This document shows positions 29,865 through 39,746 of a stretch of DNA of 64,000 nt, in pieces (within the stretch, counting starts at the first letter, position 1; the number at the start of each line of letters is the position of its first letter). A program made the position numbers and the translations under genes. The DNA lies in NCBI GenBank assembly GCA_910585005.1, contig CAJUCN010000007.1, positions 37,289 to 101,288 on the forward strand. Direction: 5' to 3'. Below the pieces are notes generated by a model. The model ran no database searches and was not told where the DNA came from. It saw only the letters and a list, made by a program, of their open reading frames with translations. The stretch comes from an uncultured Lachnospiraceae bacterium (GTDB lineage: Bacteria; Bacillota; Clostridia; Lachnospirales; Lachnospiraceae).

Positions 29865-32489
29865 GTGAGAAAAGAAAAATATTCAGTGACGGGAATGACT
29901 TGTTCCGCATGTTCGTCCCATGTGGAAAAGAGCGTAAGCAAGCTTCCGGGTATGGGAGAAGTAAGCGTAAATCTGCTGACTAACAGTATGCAGGTTGTTT
30001 ACGATGAAACGCTCTGCGGTGAGCAAGGAATCGTTGATGCTGTGGAAAAAGCAGGTTATGGAGCAAGTTTGGCGTCCACAGGAGGAAAGGTGGACGCTTC
30101 TTTGGGAGGTGTTTCGGAAAATTGTCCGGTAGATCCTGCCAGGCAAAATGCCAGCAGGCCAAACGGGCCGGACAGAGAGGCGATCAAAGGGAAAAAGGAA
30201 AACAGGGAAATGAAAGCCAGGCTGACCATTTCCATTGTCTTTATGGTTTTACTGATGGCAGTATCCATGCATCACATGTTTTTTATGTGGCTGCACCTTC
30301 CTGTACCAGAATTTTTTATGAAGTTGTTTCACGGCAATGAAAATGCGTTGACTTTTGCATTTACCCAGTTTTTACTTACATTACCTATTATCTATGTAAA
30401 CCGGAAATATTTTCAGACCGGATATCGGACGTTGCTGCACGGAAGCCCCAATATGGACAGCCTGATTGCGGTAGGCTCCGGTGCGGCGCTCCTATATGGA
30501 ATTTTTGCAATTTACAGGATTGGCTATGGATTAGGGCATGGAGATTTGGCAGTGGTCAGCCGGTATGCATCAGACCTATATTTTGAATCGGCGGGGATGA
30601 TCCTTGCACTGATCACGGTAGGAAAATATTTAGAAACCCGTTCCAAAGGAAAGACGGGGGAAGCGATTGAAAAGCTGATGGATCTGTCTCCTAAGACGGC
30701 GCTTCTTCTTTTGGAGGATGGGACGGAGAAAGAAATTCCCACCCAGCAGCTTGTAAAAGGCGACCGCTTTCTTGTAAAACCGGGAAGCCTGATTCCGGTG
30801 GATGGAGTGATTGAGGAAGGGACTTCCAGCGTAAATGAGGCAGCGATTACAGGAGAGAGTATTCCGGTGGAAAAGGGGCCTGGAGATCCTGTGGTTTCCG
30901 CCACCATGAATAGGGCGGGGAGGCTGATCTGCCGGGCGGTAAAGGTTGGAGAGGATACGACGCTTTCCCAGATCATCCGGTTGGTGGAGGAGGCTTCTGC
31001 ATCCAAAGCGCCCATTGCCAGGCTGGCGGATAAGATTGCAGGGGTCTTTGTACCGGTGGTCATGGCAATTGCCGCTGTCACCTTTATCACATGGCTTTTG
31101 GCGGGAGGCGGGTTTGAAGAGGCAATGTCCTGTGCCATTGCGGTGCTGGTCATTTCCTGTCCGTGCGCGCTGGGGCTTGCAACGCCGGTGGCGATCATGG
31201 TAGGAACTGGTGTTGGGGCAAAGAACGGTATCCTGATTAAGTCAGGCGACGCATTGCAGGCGGCAAGGGATATTGACACGGTGGTATTAGATAAGACGGG
31301 AACGATCACGGAAGGAAAACCCAAAGTTACGGATATCCAATGCTATGGGGAAGATGTGGATGAAAATGAAACGCTTTCCCTGATTGCGGCAGTGGAAAAA
31401 CCCAGCGAACACCCTCTGGCGGAAGCGATCATGGCGGAAGCGGAAAAGAGACATCTGGCAGTTCCGGCAGTGTCAGAATTTCAGGCGGTCTTTGGAAAAG
31501 GAGTCTGGGCAAAGTATGCGGATGGCAGATATTTTGCAGGAAATACAGCTTTTATGGAAGAAAACGGAATTTCCTTATCTTCCAGGCAAAAAGAAAAGAT
31601 CGACCAGTTTTCAGAAGAGGGAAAGACGCCGCTTCTTTTTGCAAAAGACCGTACGCTGCTTGCTGTGATTGCAGTGGCGGATACGGTGAAAGAATCTTCC
31701 AAACTTGCTATGGAAGAATTTAGCAGGATGAAGATAGATGTTGTTATGTTAACCGGAGATCATAAGCGTACAGCACAGGCTGTCATGCGGCAGTTACATG
31801 TGGGGCAGGTGATTGCCGAGGTGCTTCCCGAAGAGAAAGAAAAAGAAATCCAGCGTCTTAAACGGGAAGGCCGGAAGGTGGCAATGATTGGCGATGGGAT
31901 TAACGATGCGCCCGCCCTTGCCGCTGCAGATGTGGGGATTGCGATTGGGGCAGGCACCGATGTGGCTATAGACAGCGCTGATATTATTTTGATGAAGAGC
32001 AGGCTGACAGATGCAATTACGGCAATCCGGTTAAGCAGGGCTGTGATCAAAAATATTAAAGAAAACCTGTTTTGGGCATTCTTTTATAATGTAATTGGGA
32101 TTCCCTTAGCGGCAGGAATCTGGTATCCTATTTTTGGCATCCGGTTAAACCCCATGTTCGGAGCGGCGGCAATGAGCCTTAGCAGCCTGTTTGTCGTTGG
32201 GAACGCCTTACGGCTCCGGAACTTTAAAGGAATAGTGCAAAATCAAAAAATAGAAAAAGAAAAGATGGAGGAAGAAAAAATGGAGAAAACAATGATCATT
32301 GAAGGCATGATGTGTGCACATTGTACAGGAAGGGTGCAAAAGGCATTGGAAGAAGTGGGGGGCGTGGAAAGGGTATCCATGAGCCTTGAGGAAAAGAGCG
32401 CTACAGTTGTGTTGGCTAAGGAGACAGGAGACAGCGTTTTAAAAGAAGCGGTAGAGAAGGCAGGGTACGAGGTAGTGGAGATCCGGTAA
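29865..32489 (+). CDS. copA: Copper-translocating P1B-type ATPase with N- and C-terminal HMA domains
   Basis: Has GMTCSACSSHVEK (N-terminal HMA), a CPC motif (SCPCALGLATP), DKTGT, GDGINDAP and a C-terminal HMA (GMMCAHCTGRVQK). GTG start with RBS GGAAGGAG. Confidence 0.93.
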   Translation: MRKEKYSVTGMTCSACSSHVEKSVSKLPGMGEVSVNLLTNSMQVVYDETLCGEQGIVDAVEKAGYGASLASTGGKVDASLGGVSENCPVDPARQNASRPNGPDREAIKGKKENREMKARLTISIVFMVLLMAVSMHHMFFMWLHLPVPEFFMKLFHGNENALTFAFTQFLLTLPIIYVNRKYFQTGYRTLLHGSPNMDSLIAVGSGAALLYGIFAIYRIGYGLGHGDLAVVSRYASDLYFESAGMILALITVGKYLETRSKGKTGEAIEKLMDLSPKTALLLLEDGTEKEIPTQQLVKGDRFLVKPGSLIPVDGVIEEGTSSVNEAAITGESIPVEKGPGDPVVSATMNRAGRLICRAVKVGEDTTLSQIIRLVEEASASKAPIARLADKIAGVFVPVVMAIAAVTFITWLLAGGGFEEAMSCAIAVLVISCPCALGLATPVAIMVGTGVGAKNGILIKSGDALQAARDIDTVVLDKTGTITEGKPKVTDIQCYGEDVDENETLSLIAAVEKPSEHPLAEAIMAEAEKRHLAVPAVSEFQAVFGKGVWAKYADGRYFAGNTAFMEENGISLSSRQKEKIDQFSEEGKTPLLFAKDRTLLAVIAVADTVKESSKLAMEEFSRMKIDVVMLTGDHKRTAQAVMRQLHVGQVIAEVLPEEKEKEIQRLKREGRKVAMIGDGINDAPALAAADVGIAIGAGTDVAIDSADIILMKSRLTDAITAIRLSRAVIKNIKENLFWAFFYNVIGIPLAAGIWYPIFGIRLNPMFGAAAMSLSSLFVVGNALRLRNFKGIVQNQKIEKEKMEEEKMEKTMIIEGMMCAHCTGRVQKALEEVGGVERVSMSLEEKSATVVLAKETGDSVLKEAVEKAGYEVVEIR

Positions 32490-32520
32490 ATCAAAGCCCC
32501 CATTGACGGAAAAATGTATT

Positions 32521-32560
32521 TGATGCAAAAATGATGCAAAAATGATGCAGTTATGATGCA
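32521..32560 (+). repeat. Four tandem TGATGCA motifs with 11-bp phasing
   Basis: TGATGCA at 32521, 32532, 32543 and 32554, upstream of a TGATAAAAT extended -10-like box (32567-32575) and the ORF at 32622. Confidence 0.6.
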
Positions 32561-32621
32561 ACCCTTTGATAAAATAGGCTTGTAACTACTAACGGCCGGA
32601 AAGAAAAGGAATGGTTGCATT

Positions 32622-33596
32622 ATGGACGAAAGAGAGCTGAAGCAAGGGGATGTGGGGGAACTTTTCGCAGAAAAAGAAACAAAGCGGGGCAAAAAAAGCA
32701 TTATCCTGGTATGTGGTGTGATAGGGACGGTTACGCTGGCTGTGATTGTATGCTGTGTTTTCTTTTTAAAGAGGGATCAGGGGTATCAGGATTATACGGT
32801 ACAAATGAAGCAATATTATGTGGAGTATTCCGAGGCATATGATTATTGGGATGTAATTACCGTGGAATACCCGTATTTGGAAGGGATTGACGAGGAGGTG
32901 CAGGGGCAGTTAAATACGCTGATGTATGATGCGGCCATGGACAGGGTGAATTATTGGCATCTTGATCCCTCGGAGGATGTGAAAGCATATCAGGAAGAGG
33001 TATTTTCCATTTTTTGCAGTGATGTAAACTGCCAGGCAACATATCAAAGCCAGTATCTTCTCAGCCTGGATTACCTTGAGTGGTATTCAGCCGGACATCC
33101 GGTGTGGGCGACGAATGGGACAGAGCGGACTCTTATGCTGGACTTGGTGACAGGGCAAAGTTATGAACTTGCGGATATCTTGGAAATAAACAGGGATTTT
33201 GCAAGATGTTGGGATAAGTCCCTTAGTGACCGTTTGGAAGAGGAGTACGGGGATGAAGAGGATTTGGATATCCTGGTTTCCTGGTTTACCCAATCGGATG
33301 AAGAAGTAAATGAAGATTTCGTCTGCCGTCCCTTTTTCTATCTTACGCCGGAAAAAGACTTTGTAATCGGTGTTTCTCTTGATCCGATCTTGTGGAGGGC
33401 ATATACTTACGAGCCGGTTAGCTGGAATTTTTATGCCCGGCTGAGTTATGATGAGATAGAACCTTTTAAGAAGGATAGTGGATTTTGGGACAAATATGAG
33501 AAGTCGGAACCGGCAGGGGAAGTATTTCCATGTGAGGATAAAAAAGAAAATATTTGGCTTGGGGAGGATGCAGGGATATGGGACTACGAATATTAA
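32622..33596 (+). CDS. Membrane-anchored hypothetical protein
   Basis: 324 aa with one N-terminal TM helix and an acidic extracytoplasmic domain. Confidence 0.55.
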   Translation: MDERELKQGDVGELFAEKETKRGKKSIILVCGVIGTVTLAVIVCCVFFLKRDQGYQDYTVQMKQYYVEYSEAYDYWDVITVEYPYLEGIDEEVQGQLNTLMYDAAMDRVNYWHLDPSEDVKAYQEEVFSIFCSDVNCQATYQSQYLLSLDYLEWYSAGHPVWATNGTERTLMLDLVTGQSYELADILEINRDFARCWDKSLSDRLEEEYGDEEDLDILVSWFTQSDEEVNEDFVCRPFFYLTPEKDFVIGVSLDPILWRAYTYEPVSWNFYARLSYDEIEPFKKDSGFWDKYEKSEPAGEVFPCEDKKENIWLGEDAGIWDYEY

Positions 33597-34600
33597 AAAA
33601 ATTAATTCCCTGCGTTGTGGCCGGTTCCCTGCTCTTTAATGGAACACCGGGGATAGAGGCATTGGCGGCAGAGGAAGAATATCCTTTGGTTTATGAAGAT
33701 TTGTCAGAGGGCGAAGAACCGGTAGCGGTGTTGTTTTGCGATATGCAAAGCTATACAGTGCTTCCTGGTGACAGCCTTTGGAAGATTGCAGAAAAATTAT
33801 GGGGGGATGGCAAGGGGTATTTGGATCTGGCAAGAGAAAATAAGGAATTGATAAAGGATCCGGATGTGATTTTCCCGGGTATGGTTCTAACCGCATCCCG
33901 AACAGGCAGTATCATCAGAAAAGAGGCAAAAAATGGAGGGGTCCAGATGGGGGATTATTCTATGGATATGCCTTATGGATGGGGGGTAGGGGTCATTGAG
34001 ATGGGCAATGCGTTTACCAATTTTGCCATGATTGACGATCAGACTGCCATAGCCTGCCTGATTCAGGACAGGAAAAAGGAAACAGGTACAAGCGTCAGGG
34101 ATTGGGAACAATGTAAGGAACGGATTACCGGCTATGTCAGCAAAAATTATGAGGAGCAGGTATCGGATCTTCAGTTTGAGCATTACCGGATGGAAGGCCA
34201 AGGCGGTATGTCGGGGGACATTTACTTATATTCTTTTACATGGCAGGTTAGCCCTGCGTATCCCGGTTTTACGATCCCGGTCTGTGTTGGCCTTAAGCTG
34301 ACAGACCATATTCAGGCGGAATTTGTAGGATACGGTATGGATTACGATATCCATGGCGCCGTACGTTATGTAAGCGCTACCTTTGAGGAACATTTTAACC
34401 CTGACAACAAGGAGGGCTTTACCGTTAATGATTCTAATATGCAATTGACTCCTGAAGCAGAGTGGGAGATTGACGGAATGTTTAATTCCTTTGCGTGGGT
34501 GGATGAGTTTTTCACTTCTTTATTCAATAAGGCGCTTAATACATTAGGGGGCGAAGAAGAAAAAAGCGCAAGGGAAAAATTGATGGAGAAGATGAATTAG
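33578..34600 (+). CDS. Secreted LysM-domain protein
   Basis: Signal peptide plus a LysM motif (YTVLPGDSLWKIAEKLWGDG ... IFPGMVL). Overlaps the upstream ORF by 19 nt. Confidence 0.7.
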   Translation: MGLRILKKLIPCVVAGSLLFNGTPGIEALAAEEEYPLVYEDLSEGEEPVAVLFCDMQSYTVLPGDSLWKIAEKLWGDGKGYLDLARENKELIKDPDVIFPGMVLTASRTGSIIRKEAKNGGVQMGDYSMDMPYGWGVGVIEMGNAFTNFAMIDDQTAIACLIQDRKKETGTSVRDWEQCKERITGYVSKNYEEQVSDLQFEHYRMEGQGGMSGDIYLYSFTWQVSPAYPGFTIPVCVGLKLTDHIQAEFVGYGMDYDIHGAVRYVSATFEEHFNPDNKEGFTVNDSNMQLTPEAEWEIDGMFNSFAWVDEFFTSLFNKALNTLGGEEEKSAREKLMEKMN

Positions 34601-34641
34601 CCATCCTTCCCACGCCAGGCGGAGCAATATTTTCCTGAAAT

Positions 34642-36246
34642 TCAGGTATGCGATCCGGTATCAGGGTTTAAACGGATGCGGATGATTTGTCCATCTAAAA
34701 CGTAATGGGAGAAATTTGTCTCATCTCCATTGCGCCTGAAGTCCACAACCCATTTGCCCTCTTCAAAATGTCCTTCTTCGACACTGAGGAAGTTTAGCTG
34801 TCCCCATTGCCTTGAGGCCATATGGATATAACTTTGTTCATCGAAAGCGTCGGGCCTTTTGATAAAATCAAATGCAACCCCGGCGCCTCCGGCATAAAAC
34901 TCATGTTTCCCGGTTTGTACCAGAATTGCCCTGCCCCGTATCTGGGTTTTGTCTTTTCCCGTTTGGTCGGTTAATTCCTGTGTATACCCAAGGCGGAGCT
35001 GTTTGGCATGCATAAAATGAGCAATTACATGGTAATCTTCTAATTTAATATAGCGTTTTTCTTCAAATTCCTCTTCGGCGATGGCATGGATATTTCCGGT
35101 TTTGCGGTATCGGATAAGCAGCGGTGACATATTTGCAATTGTCCGCATGGTAACGGCCATGTCCCGGCATTGTTCTTTCAGGTTTCCATTTGCATCCAGG
35201 GCATGTTCGGCGCCAAAGCAGCAAATACCGATTGCGCTAAAGTCTGCTGCGGCAAGGAGCGCGTTCATAGCATTGGCTTCTCCAAAAAGAGGAGATTCAG
35301 GGATAAAAAGCGGGTTGTCCTTCCGGTCATAGCGTTGACAGATCCGTGTGTATTCCTGCCGGCTTTGGTTGTAAATATCGGGACCGATAAAATCCAGCGC
35401 CGGCGCCCCGGCTTTCCAGATATCCAGCACTCTGCCAACAGCAGCCCCGGCATTATAGCATAGCCCGGCCTCCTCGTATCCATTTTCCCCGACCATCACG
35501 TTTGTGAGCATTGGCAGGTCATAAATACTTTTTCCGGTTTGGGCAATCTGTCCGATGTACTGTGCATGATACCAGGCTGAAAAGGCCTCATGAGCGTGTC
35601 TGCCGAACTGCTTTCTCCATGGAGACACAGGGCTGGCATGATTCAAATCATCGACGCCGGAGTCTTCCAAGAAGATTTCTTTTAGACATTCCGGGACCTT
35701 TTGCATGTAAGCCTCCCGGGCTTGCCTGGAATAATCCATATCTGTGTTGGCATATCCCATTTCATTTTCAATTTGTACGGCAAGGACGGTCCGTGTCTGA
35801 GTGTCATATTCTTTCAGGAATTCCATGAGTTTTCCAAATGCTTTTTCATCCCGTTCCAAAGTTTGTTTACAATGAGGGGAAAGGGAGGCGACCGGCGCCC
35901 CGTCAGGGCCTTTGGCTATATGGTATGTTTTTGAGTCCTGCTTGATATATTCAGGGACATAATTGGGATGCCCGTTTTTGCTTGTGCCAAACCATAAAAG
36001 AATTAGTTTCAGTTTGGCAGCTCTTGCTTCATCGATCAGCCCTTTTACATGGCTCATATCGTAAGTATCTTTTTCCGGTTCTAAACGATACCAGTAAACT
36101 GGCGCTTCCAGACAGTTTCCGCCATAGGCGTTAACGACCTGGACCGCTTTTTGGATAAGAGGCGTTCCGGTGGAAGAATTGTGCGCCTGTACGCCTACAA
36201 CCAGAAATGGTGCGCCCTTTTCATCTTTTATAAAATCGTTTTTCAT
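34642..36246 (-). CDS. Clan GH-A glycoside hydrolase (GH35/GH42-like beta-galactosidase family)
   Basis: Has a QIENEMG acid/base-type motif and a TIM-barrel-like N-terminal half. I prefer the start at Met36 of the tracked ORF (36246). Confidence 0.65.
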   Translation of the reverse strand: MKNDFIKDEKGAPFLVVGVQAHNSSTGTPLIQKAVQVVNAYGGNCLEAPVYWYRLEPEKDTYDMSHVKGLIDEARAAKLKLILLWFGTSKNGHPNYVPEYIKQDSKTYHIAKGPDGAPVASLSPHCKQTLERDEKAFGKLMEFLKEYDTQTRTVLAVQIENEMGYANTDMDYSRQAREAYMQKVPECLKEIFLEDSGVDDLNHASPVSPWRKQFGRHAHEAFSAWYHAQYIGQIAQTGKSIYDLPMLTNVMVGENGYEEAGLCYNAGAAVGRVLDIWKAGAPALDFIGPDIYNQSRQEYTRICQRYDRKDNPLFIPESPLFGEANAMNALLAAADFSAIGICCFGAEHALDANGNLKEQCRDMAVTMRTIANMSPLLIRYRKTGNIHAIAEEEFEEKRYIKLEDYHVIAHFMHAKQLRLGYTQELTDQTGKDKTQIRGRAILVQTGKHEFYAGGAGVAFDFIKRPDAFDEQSYIHMASRQWGQLNFLSVEEGHFEEGKWVVDFRRNGDETNFSHYVLDGQIIRIRLNPDTGSHT

Positions 36247-36586
36247 TGTGGTTTTCATCCTTTCTCTGCATATAGATTTTGATTTTGTCCGCTGCTTTAC
36301 AATACAGTTTAACATGGAATAGTGCATTTTGAAATATAAACCGTTTGACAAGGGCCTGTTTCAATGATAAGATAATAAACACTTTGAAAATATAATCACC
36401 ATCAGGAAACAAGGAGACGAAATGAACCGGAACTACTTTTCAAAAAGCTATCGTTATCTGTATTATTACGGACGTATTTGCTTGTAACTGGCTAAACAGA
36501 TGCACAGTTATAAGCCGGTAGGTCTTATGTCTGTGCGTAGCTGAAAGTGGAAGTAGGTAACGTTGTATACCAATATTGCATTTTTA

Positions 36587-36624
36587 ACGCATCAGACATA
36601 GGGAAGTCTGGTGCGTTTTTGTTT
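36587..36624 (+). terminator. Leader terminator (attenuator) upstream of tyrS
   Basis: 11-bp stem ACGCATCAGAC / GTCTGGTGCGT followed by TTTTTGTTT. It ends 30 nt before the tyrS ATG. Confidence 0.7.
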
Positions 36625-36654
36625 GAACGGGAAAGGAAAGGAGAAAGAAGAGAA

Positions 36655-37872
36655 ATGAACGAAATTGAAAATCAAATTGCCATCATGCTAAAGGGCGCCG
36701 CCCAGCATACGGAGATTCATGAAATCAAGGAAAAACTGTTAAAAGCAAGCAAGGAAAAAAGACCCCTTCGGATAAAACTGGGGCTTGACCCATCAGCGCC
36801 CGATATCCATATCGGACATTCAGTGGTACTGCGGAAGATCCGTCAATTGCAGGATCTGGGGCATGAGGCAGTGATTATCATCGGAGACTATACGGGGATG
36901 ATTGGAGATCCTACAGGAAAATCAAAAACAAGGAAACAGTTATCCAAGGAAGAGATCGCAAGCAACGCCAATACTTATATGGAGCAGATCTTTAAGGTCA
37001 TTGACAGGCAGCGGACACAGATCCATTACAATAGTGAGTGGCTGAGTAAGATGAATTTTGGGGATGTGATTGAGCTTGCGGCAAAATGTACGGTTGCCAG
37101 AATGCTGGAGCGGGACGATTTCCACAATCGGTATGTCAATCATTTGCCCTTATCCGTTCACGAATTTTTTTATCCTCTGATGCAGGCCTATGATTCCGTT
37201 GCTGTCAAAGCGGACATTGAATTAGGCGGGACAGACCAGACTTTTAATATTTTGATGGGAAGGAACATTCAAAGGGATTATGGTCAAGAACCCCAGCTTA
37301 CTTTGTTTATGCCCCTTTTGGAAGGGATTGACGGAGTGGAAAAAATGAGTAAAAGCCTTGGCAACTATATAGGGATCAGTGAGGAGCCTGAAGTGATTTA
37401 TGAAAAAGTAATGAAAATTCCTGATTCCCTGATTATAAAATATTATAATTTATGTACGGATGTACATCCGGACGAAATCAAAAAGCTTCAGAGAAAATTG
37501 GAAGAGGGTTCCAATCCCAGAGATATCAAAATGATGCTGGCTGGTGAGATTACAAGGCTTTATCATGGGCAGGAAGGGACGGAAAGGGCGGAAAAATATT
37601 TTGAGACTGTGTTCCAAAAAAGCCAGGTTCCCGAAAATGTGCCCACCATTATTGTGGATCCGGCTTTCCAGGCGGCATATAGCGAACAGGTTTTGCAGGA
37701 GCTTGTAAAACAAGGCTTTTACAAGTCGAAAAATGAGATCCGGCGCATTTTTAAGCAGGGTGGCGCTTATTACGATGGAGAAAAATTATTGGATAGCAAG
37801 GATATCATGCCAGGCGAAGGGGAACATATCTTAAAGCTTGGGAAAAGCAGTTTCTTTAAGATATGCCTCTAG
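36655..37872 (+). CDS. tyrS: Tyrosyl-tRNA synthetase
   Basis: Has the HIGH motif (DIHIGHSV), KMSKS (KMSKSLGN) and a C-terminal S4-like domain. I prefer ATG 36655 (RBS AAAGGAGAAAG). Confidence 0.9.
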   Translation: MNEIENQIAIMLKGAAQHTEIHEIKEKLLKASKEKRPLRIKLGLDPSAPDIHIGHSVVLRKIRQLQDLGHEAVIIIGDYTGMIGDPTGKSKTRKQLSKEEIASNANTYMEQIFKVIDRQRTQIHYNSEWLSKMNFGDVIELAAKCTVARMLERDDFHNRYVNHLPLSVHEFFYPLMQAYDSVAVKADIELGGTDQTFNILMGRNIQRDYGQEPQLTLFMPLLEGIDGVEKMSKSLGNYIGISEEPEVIYEKVMKIPDSLIIKYYNLCTDVHPDEIKKLQRKLEEGSNPRDIKMMLAGEITRLYHGQEGTERAEKYFETVFQKSQVPENVPTIIVDPAFQAAYSEQVLQELVKQGFYKSKNEIRRIFKQGGAYYDGEKLLDSKDIMPGEGEHILKLGKSSFFKICL

Positions 37873-37874
37873 TC

Positions 37875-38978
37875 CTATAATGCCTTTTTGACAGAAATTG
37901 CTTTTACAGGGCACATTTCCTGGCAGCAAAAGCAGGAGATGCACTGCCGTTTCTTAAAGTGGGCTTTGCGCTTTTTGATCGTGATAACTTTGGCCGGGCA
38001 GCTTTCTGCACATTTCCCGCAGCCAACACAAAGTTCTTTGTTAAGCTGTGGGTAGGATTTGAGCAGTTTTTTTGCAATTGGTAAAAGGAAATGGGGCATT
38101 TTACCGGAAAAATCAAGCTTTTGAGCATCAGGAACCTGAAAAGGAGTGAGGTCTTCCGGAATTCGGTCCCCCAAAAGCTGAAGACGGTCTGGTTTGGCAA
38201 GCCCGCTGTCCACGGCCTGACGGATCATAGTGATGCCCATGGGATCCAATTTCATCAGTGATGCGGCAAAGTAATCCTGGGTATAGAAATCTCTGGAGGC
38301 AAGGAGCATATGGAGGGGATGGGAAGTGCCGCTTGTAGGTCCATTCCCCTCCATGGCGTCTATGGCGTCAATAATTGTGAGCTGGGGATTGACTACCTGG
38401 GCAAGTTCTAAAAGCATACGGGAAAAATTTTCAATGTCAGGCCAGCGGTAGTGCATCTGGGGTTTTTCCAGACCGGGAATCACACCGAAAAGATTCTTAA
38501 TGCCGCCGGAATATCCGGTCATTGCATGGGTTTTTAGCTTACAGATATTGATGATATAATCAGCGTTAGCTATGGGGGTAATGATATGGAAAGAGTGATT
38601 GGCAAATTCCTCCGGGCAATGGATCGTTTTTGCTGAAAAATCCATATTTAGGGTAAGATCCGGTTCAAGAGCTTTCATTCCACAGGCGTGATAGATATTT
38701 TTCATGTGTTCCGCCGTATACAGTCCCCCGGAACTTTCCGCCAAAGTAATGTTTTTTACACCGTGTTCCCTGAGCCAGCGCACAATGCATTTGACCACGA
38801 GAGGGTGGGTGGTAACGGGAACGCTGGGGGTTTTGGCCATAATCAGATTAGGCTTTAGGACAACCTTTAAGTCAGGGCGCATATCCTTTTGGATGGAAAG
38901 CGCTTCCATGGCTTTGCAGATAGCGGGATAAATTTGTTCTTCTTTATATTCGGGTACAAGGTATAAGGTCTGTATCAT
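37875..38978 (-). CDS. DUF362-type protein with a C-terminal 2x[4Fe-4S] ferredoxin domain
   Basis: Has CVGCGKCAESCP and CISCFCCQEMCP clusters at the C-terminus. Confidence 0.75.
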   Translation of the reverse strand: MIQTLYLVPEYKEEQIYPAICKAMEALSIQKDMRPDLKVVLKPNLIMAKTPSVPVTTHPLVVKCIVRWLREHGVKNITLAESSGGLYTAEHMKNIYHACGMKALEPDLTLNMDFSAKTIHCPEEFANHSFHIITPIANADYIINICKLKTHAMTGYSGGIKNLFGVIPGLEKPQMHYRWPDIENFSRMLLELAQVVNPQLTIIDAIDAMEGNGPTSGTSHPLHMLLASRDFYTQDYFAASLMKLDPMGITMIRQAVDSGLAKPDRLQLLGDRIPEDLTPFQVPDAQKLDFSGKMPHFLLPIAKKLLKSYPQLNKELCVGCGKCAESCPAKVITIKKRKAHFKKRQCISCFCCQEMCPVKAISVKKAL

Positions 38979-39190
38979 AAATACTCTCTTCCTTAAAAAT
39001 TGATTAGCAGATGTTTTCCCGCTTCCGGGACATATTTATGATAACTAGTTTACATCTGCTGAAATAGTTTTGCAATGATTCTGTGAACAATTTGTTTAAC
39101 AGAGTCCTTTTTATAGGACATTTCATTTTGTATACTGGTTTTAAGTGAGAAATACAAAGTGCCGGAAGGCAGACAGGAAGGAGGGACAAT

Positions 39191-39610
39191 ATGAAGATTT
39201 TTTGCAGGAGGCTGGTTTTTAAATGGATCTGTAATATGGCAGCCACGATAGCGCTGATGCTGGCCGGGGGGATGTTCCTGTCAATGACAGTTCTCGGTAA
39301 GGATACGATTTTTCATAAGAACCGGGAAGTTTTCAGGGAACAAAAGGAGTATTATAAGAGCCTTGAGCAGGAATACATGAAAGATATGCAAAACTTTTTG
39401 GCCAGCCAGGGATATGCAGACAGCGGTGTTACGATGAACAGGGTTATTGAAGAGGATGGGAGCCTTCAATATATTGTGACTATTTACCACAAGGGAATAG
39501 TGCAGTTAGACGTTACAGGCAGGGGGCAGCTTCTTTCCAAATGTGAAAGGATAGAATTTGCGGACAAAGAGTGCAGTTTTTGCCATAAAATTTTGGAAGT
39601 ATCCTCTTAG
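39191..39610 (+). CDS. Small membrane-anchored hypothetical protein
   Basis: 139 aa with one TM helix. No family recognised. Confidence 0.45.
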   Translation: MKIFCRRLVFKWICNMAATIALMLAGGMFLSMTVLGKDTIFHKNREVFREQKEYYKSLEQEYMKDMQNFLASQGYADSGVTMNRVIEEDGSLQYIVTIYHKGIVQLDVTGRGQLLSKCERIEFADKECSFCHKILEVSS

Positions 39611-39746
39611 TGGTTGTCACTATTGCCTGGAAATATAAAAAGAAGAATGACAAGAAGAAATACTGGGATTATAATTGATATAGTTGTGTAAATTTTCAGA
39701 AGTACATGCCGGCAGGAACTGCTGCTTACAAAGATGGAGGTAAACT

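Noticed and set aside
32521-32560. The possibility that the short tandem repeats are a CRISPR array or minisatellite.
   Set aside because: There are only four 11-bp units with no spacers of CRISPR length, no cas genes and no leader. The pattern fits a phased protein-binding array.
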